This document shows, piece after piece, positions 57,491 through 64,000 of a stretch of DNA of 64,000 bases. Both the position numbers and the translations under genes were made by a program. Numbering within the stretch: the first letter of the stretch is position 1; each line of letters starts with the position of its first letter. The notes under the pieces are model-generated. The model made no database searches. It worked only from the letters and a program-made list of their open reading frames with translations, and had not been told where the DNA came from. The stretch lies in the IMG/VR virus record IMGVR_UViG_3300010399_000031, positions 124,001-188,000 of that record; one strand, written 5' to 3'.

Positions 57491-57520
57491 GAGAGCTTCG
57501 GCTCTCCCTTTTCTTTTTTT
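57491..57520 (+). terminator. terminator GAGAGC-TTCG-GCTCTC (copy 3) closing array/tas operon
   Basis: hairpin plus T run. Confidence 0.75.
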
Positions 57521-57582
57521 CCCGAAATACCAGAAATCGAACCCCTCAACAAGCTACAGTAAGAAAATATAAGGGAAACAAA

Positions 57583-57924
57583 ATGAGTGAGAGAAAGTTG
57601 TTTGGAATCGGTCAACGTGTGACCCACTTCGACGGGGGTCCAGGTACGCATGGTAAAGGTACGATCGTCGCTTATAACGGTGTGAAGCCAGATAGCTATG
57701 CGGCTAAGAATCCCGCTAAGGCAGCTGAATTAGTGGCTGGGTGTTTTACTGACCCGAAACTGAAAGAAGCGATGGCGGGCGCTTTGGTCAACAGCTTCTA
57801 CGATGGTGATCGATATCCCTACGTCGTACAGTGGGATCCGCGTGTCGACGATAGCGACATCGCGCGGAAATACCCGAATGGGTACAAAGACGTCTACGGT
57901 GACGAACTCAAACCCATCGAGTGA
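57583..57924 (+). CDS. hypothetical protein
   Basis: AAGGGA RBS, 113 aa. Confidence 0.7.
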   Translation: MSERKLFGIGQRVTHFDGGPGTHGKGTIVAYNGVKPDSYAAKNPAKAAELVAGCFTDPKLKEAMAGALVNSFYDGDRYPYVVQWDPRVDDSDIARKYPNGYKDVYGDELKPIE

Positions 57925-57950
57925 AAAAATCTTCGATTGACGACATAAGT

Positions 57951-57972
57951 GGGGACTCCGTAAGGAGTCCCC
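57951..57972. terminator. bidirectional hairpin between convergent genes
   Basis: GGGGACTCC-gtaa-GGAGTCCCC. Confidence 0.7.
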
Positions 57973-57977
57973 AAACG

Positions 57978-58727
57978 TTACTCTATCGACGTAACGCTCC
58001 AGAAGTCTTCAGCCAGATCTGGCGAAAGGACATAGTCGAAGGGCAGGTAGAAGTAACCATTTTCACCCCAGCCCGATCCCCAGCTATTCCTAATAATGAA
58101 GAGACGCTTGATGCGATCGTAACCGACGATCAACACGGCGTGACCACCCAAGCATTGTTCCTTGTTCACATCGGGCATGGGTACCAAACCGCTGGCTGCC
58201 ACTTCGTCCGATTCGAGCGAATCGTAGACGTAGATGCCAAAGGCGATCGGGTAACCCGATGCAAGCGCGTGCAAAAGGTCGTCTTCGGTTTGATTCACAC
58301 GGCGGTACGCAATCGCTTTGTGTTTCAAAGCGTCGTTGTACGCTTCGAGCGAGGGCTTCAGTTTGAAGTTTTCCTCGACGTACGGACACAGCGTTTCGTT
58401 GCAGGTACCCAGCTGTGCGATCACTTTGATGCCGTCGCGGATCTCGGCACCCGAGTCTTCCGTGAGTGTGCCTTCGAGACCGCGCTCGCCGTAGTAGACG
58501 AAAAGGCGCGAGAGACGAATCGGTTGCTCACGCTGTTTGTTCTCGTCGTACTCCAGCGCCCCGACGATGGCGTGGGCCGTGCACGAACCCAACTCACCTT
58601 GGTCTTCGACCGGGGAGCAGCCAGGGCGCAAATCGATCTGGTCGGGAATATCGATCGGTGCAGCTGCCGAGTATTTGTGGTCACGCGGATCGTGTTTGTC
58701 TTTGACACGATTGTACAGTCGCTTCAT
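57978..58727 (-). CDS. papain-family (C1A) cysteine peptidase
   Basis: DQGELGSCTAHA (catalytic Cys), GGHAVLIVGY (His), IRNSWG..WGENGY (Asn). Confidence 0.92.
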   Translation of the reverse strand: MKRLYNRVKDKHDPRDHKYSAAAPIDIPDQIDLRPGCSPVEDQGELGSCTAHAIVGALEYDENKQREQPIRLSRLFVYYGERGLEGTLTEDSGAEIRDGIKVIAQLGTCNETLCPYVEENFKLKPSLEAYNDALKHKAIAYRRVNQTEDDLLHALASGYPIAFGIYVYDSLESDEVAASGLVPMPDVNKEQCLGGHAVLIVGYDRIKRLFIIRNSWGSGWGENGYFYLPFDYVLSPDLAEDFWSVTSIE

Positions 58728-58805
58728 GTTTCACCTTAAGCGTAGCGTTGAAGTGGGATACTTCATACGATCGCATTAACTTTTTATATCGAGAAGGAAC
58801 AAATC

Positions 58806-59261
58806 ATGAGCGAGCATCAAACTCAGAATGTAGGTGAATCTTCCAGGACACGCGATGTTGTTCTGGCAATGAAGTCTGGAATGAAAGATGAATCGATTTG
58901 GGAGAAATTTAAAGATTGGGGAGAACAAGCTGAAAATCAGATGTATCGGCAGGCTGATGTCGATCTTCAAATCCCGAAAGAAAATTCACCCTACTCCTGC
59001 GACATCTGCATGGTTGCGATGCCGCATATTTTCCAAAGGAAGACAGACGAGTCTTGGGTGGTTGGATATCGGTTTATCATCGATCACATCTATTTTGATG
59101 GTGAAGAAAAAGAAGTCAAGCGCTATCAAGACTACTGCTTTTTAGTGTTAGCTGAAGGTAGCAGTTTTGCTGGAGTAGGACTCGGTAAAGACACCTTCAT
59201 CGGTGAATTCATTCTTAAAGAAGACATCGAGAAATTCCAGTCGATGATCAAGACTCACTAA
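58806..59261 (+). CDS. hypothetical protein
   Basis: AAGGA RBS. Confidence 0.65.
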   Translation: MSEHQTQNVGESSRTRDVVLAMKSGMKDESIWEKFKDWGEQAENQMYRQADVDLQIPKENSPYSCDICMVAMPHIFQRKTDESWVVGYRFIIDHIYFDGEEKEVKRYQDYCFLVLAEGSSFAGVGLGKDTFIGEFILKEDIEKFQSMIKTH

Positions 59262-59272
59262 AAATAAACGAG

Positions 59273-59638
59273 GTGTTTCAAATGCATGCAATCAAAGCAG
59301 ATACTCCGGAGATTCTGATCGACTGGATTCGAGACCACTGTGTCTCGGTCGAAGTGTTTCGGGAGATCAAAGACTGGACCATTCAAAAGCTCCAGCAAAG
59401 TTTGGATAATAACCCTCACGCCCATGATCAAATTTCTTACCTGATTTCACCGGTAAGAGCCACCCCAGCTGTGGGTGAGACGTTCGATGGATATTCGTTT
59501 GAAATCATCATCGAGCATCCGAACGCCGATCCGGAGATGGCCATTACCTTCTTTCGCGCTGACACCATGGGGCGTATCGTCGGTACCCTGAGTCGCAAAG
59601 GAGTGCTCTCCTGGGTGACGGCTCAAGACGAGGAGTAA
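59273..59638 (+). CDS. hypothetical protein
   Basis: GAGGT RBS. Confidence 0.65.
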   Translation: MFQMHAIKADTPEILIDWIRDHCVSVEVFREIKDWTIQKLQQSLDNNPHAHDQISYLISPVRATPAVGETFDGYSFEIIIEHPNADPEMAITFFRADTMGRIVGTLSRKGVLSWVTAQDEE

Positions 59639-59641
59639 GCT

Positions 59642-60214
59642 TTGAAGATCATTCGCAACCCCTATTGGCGCGATGAAGAGTTAATGATGCTCACCATCAA
59701 AGACTTGGAACGCCGCCGACTACCCAGCATCGGAGTATTCGAGTGTAATCAATTGACTCGGGCAACACAAAAGGGTAGTAAGTTAAGATCGCCGATCACC
59801 TCGCTCTCTATCCTACCCGAGGATCTCCACGCATGTGTCACCATTGTGAGTGATCCAGAAGACGAGGGAAAGGAGATCGTCAGTATTCGGTTTTATCAAA
59901 AAGTGAAAGAATCACCTGATCTTGTTGTCTTAGAAGACTGGTGTATCTATATCCCTAAAGGGTTGACCCATCTTACGGAGATAGCGCACCGCGTTTCAAG
60001 TCGCTTTGCTCAATTCTTTTTCTATTACCGCGATGCATTTGATGACCCAGTATTCGTTAGAGATTGGGATCGTGTGATTTACGGTTCTTTTAGCGATACA
60101 TCGGATAGTTTAGCTGTATTTTTGAAACACAAGCAAGAAGAGGAGCAGCAAAATGATCAAGAAGATAGCACCAGTGACGGGAGTGCTGGGAGGGATGGTT
60201 CTGGAGCAACTTAA
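59642..60214 (+). CDS. hypothetical protein
   Basis: GAGGAG RBS, TTG start. Confidence 0.6.
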   Translation: MKIIRNPYWRDEELMMLTIKDLERRRLPSIGVFECNQLTRATQKGSKLRSPITSLSILPEDLHACVTIVSDPEDEGKEIVSIRFYQKVKESPDLVVLEDWCIYIPKGLTHLTEIAHRVSSRFAQFFFYYRDAFDDPVFVRDWDRVIYGSFSDTSDSLAVFLKHKQEEEQQNDQEDSTSDGSAGRDGSGAT

Positions 60215-60371
60215 GACGCGACTCGGTTTGATGACGAGCGATGAAGCGAAAGCCAAGGCTTCGCACTACGATGCGTGCATGCAGGCGCTTGCTCCGGATG
60301 ATCCGATGCATGTGGATTACTCGATCAAATACTACGACTACGCGCTGTACGCGGATCTACTTGCCGCTTAA
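60153..60371 (+). CDS. small hypothetical protein
   Basis: GAGGAG RBS; overlaps 3' end of previous ORF. Confidence 0.55.
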   Translation: MIKKIAPVTGVLGGMVLEQLKTRLGLMTSDEAKAKASHYDACMQALAPDDPMHVDYSIKYYDYALYADLLAA

Positions 60372-60377
60372 AAGGAG

Positions 60378-60758
60378 GTGGTCGTGAAAGCTGGCAAATT
60401 CATCTTAGGGCTTCAGGCGTTGGAAGTGGTGGCTTCACATGCCAAAGACGTGCAGAACGCCAAGCTCTTTTTGGCATCCATTGCCATTGCCAAGACCAAG
60501 CAACGCCAAGCTGAACTCGGGGTGCCGTGTGGTTCAACTTATCGGGCTCGGTTTGTAGAAGGGATCGAAAACATTGAGTTTGCCGGTTCAATCTCAATGG
60601 ATGGTTTTCTCATCGAGTACAAGATCGGACCCAATCCACCGGTTGAGGACAGGTCGAAGTACGTTTATCTGCATTACTTCGGCCAAGTGGATGAGCAAAA
60701 AATGCTTGTGCAGTTTTACAAGATCGACAATTTCCCAGAACTGGACGATTCAGAATGA
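60378..60758 (+). CDS. hypothetical protein
   Basis: AAGGAGG RBS. Confidence 0.65.
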   Translation: MVVKAGKFILGLQALEVVASHAKDVQNAKLFLASIAIAKTKQRQAELGVPCGSTYRARFVEGIENIEFAGSISMDGFLIEYKIGPNPPVEDRSKYVYLHYFGQVDEQKMLVQFYKIDNFPELDDSE

Positions 60759-61348
60759 AGATCAAGAACTTTGGTTTTGACGCGCCGCGTGAGACACAGA
60801 CCATGCAGCGCATTTTGAGTGACATCGAAAAGCGCGCGCCACTGCCGCAACTGAACCTCGTGTATCAGACTTCGTCATTACGTCTACCAACTGAGACGGG
60901 CGGACAACGCATGATTCCTTGTATTTCGTGCACCGTCAACAACGAGAGCAAGGAAGCGTTTCATGCCGCAGTGGTCGATACCGATCCAACCAATGAAGAG
61001 TTGACTGTACTGCTCACCCACACGAACGGTGGGTCGGTTGGTTTTCGCACAATCTACACGTTCAAACCCCAGGCGGCGGTTTTTATCTCGTTCGACATTT
61101 TGAAGTTCTTCTACGAACGCGTGCCGACGCTTGAAGCGCTCGATGAGGAAGGTAACACCTTGCCTAACCCACTTTTTCACAAACCGCTTGAAGTGGAAAA
61201 CGCACTGAAAGCGGCGTACAAGGATCTTCCGGAGAGCTACACCTGGAAGCTCAATGTCGAGGCACGCAAGCCCGATAACAAGCCAATTATCGTGTGGCAC
61301 GCCGAGAAAGACGAAGATTCGCAATCGCCCACGGAGAGCGAGCAATGA
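60755..61348 (+). CDS. hypothetical protein
   Basis: ATGA coupling. Confidence 0.65.
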   Translation: MKIKNFGFDAPRETQTMQRILSDIEKRAPLPQLNLVYQTSSLRLPTETGGQRMIPCISCTVNNESKEAFHAAVVDTDPTNEELTVLLTHTNGGSVGFRTIYTFKPQAAVFISFDILKFFYERVPTLEALDEEGNTLPNPLFHKPLEVENALKAAYKDLPESYTWKLNVEARKPDNKPIIVWHAEKDEDSQSPTESEQ

Positions 61349-61761
61349 CGCATGAGTGTATCGAGTTAAATGGTCCGGAAGTAATTCACTTCATCCAAGA
61401 GAATCAGATCAATCCTCAGCTATTGGAGGACTTGGCTCAAAGCGTGATGCGATTTGAAACTCGCTACAGCGGCGAGATGAACCAAGTGATCTCCTCCAGC
61501 ACCGATCTGCGCGCCGTTACCGTTCGCACCGACGAAGGTGAGCATGACGGGTACATGGTCACGGTTCATTACTACAAACAAGCCGATCCGAAAGACCCAT
61601 CGGGCTGGCACACCCGACTTTGGTTCTTGACCAAAACCGAAGAAGACAAGATCAACGGCATCTGGGAGTTGGGTGAAAACATCGAACAGGCGGATCTTAA
61701 TGAATCCGCACTCAAGATGACCAAGTACGACGTACCCTTATTCGTGCCGAAGGCTGATTAG
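61345..61761 (+). CDS. hypothetical protein
   Basis: ATGA coupling. Confidence 0.65.
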   Translation: MTHECIELNGPEVIHFIQENQINPQLLEDLAQSVMRFETRYSGEMNQVISSSTDLRAVTVRTDEGEHDGYMVTVHYYKQADPKDPSGWHTRLWFLTKTEEDKINGIWELGENIEQADLNESALKMTKYDVPLFVPKAD

Positions 61762-61843
61762 AAACAATAAAAAACAATAAAAGGTATGAAGGGGTTGACC
61801 TTCCCTTCATTCTTAACCTTTACTGGAAGACCGAGAACCAAAC

Positions 61844-62281
61844 ATGAGCAGAGCGAAAAAGCTGTTCAGTGCCCTGATCGATGAATTCCAACGCATCGAT
61901 ATTCCGGGACTAAAGGACGCGATCAAAGAAGGGGCACTGCATCGCAACGGGGTAAGCGAGAAGACCATCGAAATCGCGTCGGCCCACATCGCGATCCACA
62001 CAGAGCCATCGGGGGTGACCAATGTTACCGTATTTGATCGCCCGCAGGGCTATCCGTACAAACCCGGCGTTGGCATCACGTTCTTTCTTGAAGAAAGTGA
62101 CGAGGTGCATGATCCAGCGCGCGTTGCACGCGATGTCCTGTACTGGATGAGCTTGCATGCAACTATATTCCGACAGCGATTTGATCTACATCGGATTGTG
62201 GAAGTTTTCAAAGAACTCGATTCGCCGACTTTACGTCACGAGTATTGGCGAACCCAGCGTAAAATTCCAGCCTACACGTAA
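61844..62281 (+). CDS. hypothetical protein
   Basis: 145-aa ORF. Confidence 0.65.
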   Translation: MSRAKKLFSALIDEFQRIDIPGLKDAIKEGALHRNGVSEKTIEIASAHIAIHTEPSGVTNVTVFDRPQGYPYKPGVGITFFLEESDEVHDPARVARDVLYWMSLHATIFRQRFDLHRIVEVFKELDSPTLRHEYWRTQRKIPAYT

Positions 62282-62334
62282 AAGTGATGCTATGACACTG
62301 GGCAATATAGCCTAGGTCTAGCGGAGGAAGACCG

Positions 62335-62535
62335 ATGAATATGAGTCATTTAATCGCGGCTCTGGTGGTGTTGTGGGTGGTCGGGGTATTGGGGTGGATG
62401 TGGTTTTCAATGGTAAAAGGTGCTTCTAATCCGAATAGTTTGCAAGTTATTCGAGTTCGAATCGCAGTGGTCATCGGTGGCGTGGTTTCAATCTTGCTAC
62501 TATATGGCAACGCCATGCTCACAAGTACGCCGTAA
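62335..62535 (+). CDS. two-TM small membrane protein
   Basis: GGAGG RBS; two hydrophobic helices. Confidence 0.6.
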   Translation: MNMSHLIAALVVLWVVGVLGWMWFSMVKGASNPNSLQVIRVRIAVVIGGVVSILLLYGNAMLTSTP

Positions 62536-62542
62536 GGATACG

Positions 62543-62566
62543 GGGGTTCCAAAAGGAACCCCTTTT
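62543..62566 (+). terminator. rho-independent terminator
   Basis: GGGGTTCC-aaaa-GGAACCCC-TTTT. Confidence 0.7.
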
Positions 62567-62743
62567 ATGCCCACGGTTAATCAAGTCAGTTCATGGCACA
62601 AAAGTTGTTTTATACGTCGTCAGTAGATCATCTGGGTACGGGGGTTTAGTTGTTTAGTTGAGTAGTTGATAATCATTAGTCTAAAGACAGGATGAAACGC
62701 TGTTGTTTTTGTTTTCACTTTTTTAACATAAAGCGGAGATAAG

Positions 62744-63169
62744 ATGCGAATCAGAAAATCTAGACTACTGATGACCTTCGAGGCACTCTGTCATGAGTTA
62801 GAAAAAAGGTCACGCCGAGACATTGATGTGTGTGCTTTTCATACCCGATTAACGGGTAAAACAGCGTACGCACTTTCGATCTCAAAACACGGTCTCTTCG
62901 TGGTGTTATCCCACCCAGAGCAAGCCAAGTATATTCAACTTACCACCATGAAACTGACTGGTGGTGAGACGCGTTATTGTGCCCAAATCCATACCGTCGA
63001 AGAAAATAACGTTATGAAAATGGCGTACCTCACGATGGAATTCTTCTACGAGAGGTTATTTAATGGTAACCTGGGAGAGCTTCGTGACGCGTTTCCTGAT
63101 TTAAACCGACACCAGGAAATTGTGACCATTCAATCCCAAGAATTGGACTTGACTGAGTTTCCGACCTGA
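62744..63169 (+). CDS. hypothetical protein
   Basis: GGAG RBS. Confidence 0.6.
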   Translation: MRIRKSRLLMTFEALCHELEKRSRRDIDVCAFHTRLTGKTAYALSISKHGLFVVLSHPEQAKYIQLTTMKLTGGETRYCAQIHTVEENNVMKMAYLTMEFFYERLFNGNLGELRDAFPDLNRHQEIVTIQSQELDLTEFPT

Positions 63170-63198
63170 GTGTACGGTCAAACGGGGAGATAAGAAAA

Positions 63199-63621
63199 AT
63201 GAAGACGAACACAGCTTTAAACGTAGGAACGGATAACTTCTGGCAATATGTTTCTCGTAGCGATTACAAAATGGAAACATTTGATCGTGATCGCGCGATG
63301 GAGTATATCCGAAGAAATTGCTTTAATGCGCGCGTCTTTAAATTAGTACTGTTGGGGGCCAACATCGCGTTTAATCAGGTACGTAAAACGGATAAGGAAG
63401 TATTGGGCTTTTTTGCTGACTTCCATCTAGAACTGGACCATCCTGAAATAGATCACCCAGTTAATCATCGAATCATGATGAAGATGGAAATTCGCCGAGA
63501 AGTCAAAGATTCTAAGGGAAAACTCCCTCCGGTATTTTACGAGATGGCACTCCTGATCAACCACGACGGAATAATCGTCGACGTCGATTATCAGCCATTG
63601 GAACGTCAACTAGCGAAATAG
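63199..63621 (+). CDS. hypothetical protein
   Basis: GGGGAG RBS. Confidence 0.6.
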   Translation: MKTNTALNVGTDNFWQYVSRSDYKMETFDRDRAMEYIRRNCFNARVFKLVLLGANIAFNQVRKTDKEVLGFFADFHLELDHPEIDHPVNHRIMMKMEIRREVKDSKGKLPPVFYEMALLINHDGIIVDVDYQPLERQLAK

Positions 63622-63652
63622 TCTTCTCGACTACTCCAATAGGGTACCCAAA

Positions 63653-64000
63653 ATGCTAGGTTTAATGCGACAAAGAAAACGTAAATTAAATGACACCGAT
63701 CCGCCGCCTAAGCCTCGGTGTATTCCAGAAAACGTTTATATGTGGGGTGGATCATTTTGGGATCCATGGAGAAGTATCTCGACCCCATATGCGCAGCAGC
63801 AAATGGACGAAGTGATTGCTCAATTTAAGCGTTCCACAAAAACCGCGTCACTGCGTTTCATTCGTTACGGTAGTACCTTAATTGCCGATGCAGGTCAGCG
63901 CAGCTTGCATCTGGAATTCGTTTGGGAAGGCGAACAAGTCGTTGAGATTATCAGTCGCTCACGTCGCTACCCAACGAATAACCAAGGCGATTATCGCACA
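63653..64000 (+). CDS. hypothetical protein, runs off window end
   Basis: 116 open codons from ATG 63653 (MLGLMRQRKR...). Confidence 0.45.
   Translation, partial: MLGLMRQRKRKLNDTDPPPKPRCIPENVYMWGGSFWDPWRSISTPYAQQQMDEVIAQFKRSTKTASLRFIRYGSTLIADAGQRSLHLEFVWEGEQVVEIISRSRRYPTNNQGDYRT

Noticed and set aside
61764-61782. ACAATAAAA word repeated here twice and at 21121
   Set aside because: Too short and AT-rich to distinguish from chance without the whole genome
92-63609. Numerous minus-strand and nested ORFs in the track (e.g. 8002-8643, 17333-17872, 21698-22540, 42331-43077, 43147-43938, 57921-58739)
   Set aside because: They shadow better-supported genes, lack RBS or motifs, and reflect codon bias
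1-64000. tRNA/rRNA genes, stop-codon recoding, chimallin or RNAP genes
   Set aside because: No cloverleaf or rRNA seen; genes end cleanly at all three stops; nucleus and RNAP hallmark genes are not in this window, so the phiKZ-like assignment remains inference

Overview
64 kb of a large lytic dsDNA phage genome with phiKZ-like jumbo-phage organisation. The host is probably a Burkholderiales/betaproteobacterium; this is inferred from host-like genes, and no database was consulted. Almost all genes are on the + strand. Bases 1-20,060 are a virion/tail block: four core structural genes, then about 16 tail/baseplate-fibre paralogs, three with LamG/ConA-like lectin domains. Bases 20,100-64,000 are an accessory region. 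It holds nucleotide-metabolism genes (tmk, NUDIX-like, MazG-like, DHH, and a thyA split by a group I intron carrying a GIY-YIG homing endonuclease), candidate counter-defence genes (NADAR, a stand-alone CapW/BrxR-like wHTH), an exported-protein cassette, a GntR regulator, a papain-like protease and many small hypothetical ORFs. The standout is a non-coding array at 54,847-55,755 of 25 units of about 36 bp, each built as 9-nt repeat / 9-nt spacer / second 9-nt repeat / 9-nt spacer. It lies directly behind a putative phage early promoter and directly in front of a nuclease-less Nop/IS110-like gene. This is the architecture of a TIGR-Tas (TasA-type) RNA-guided system. All product calls come from motif recognition by eye.
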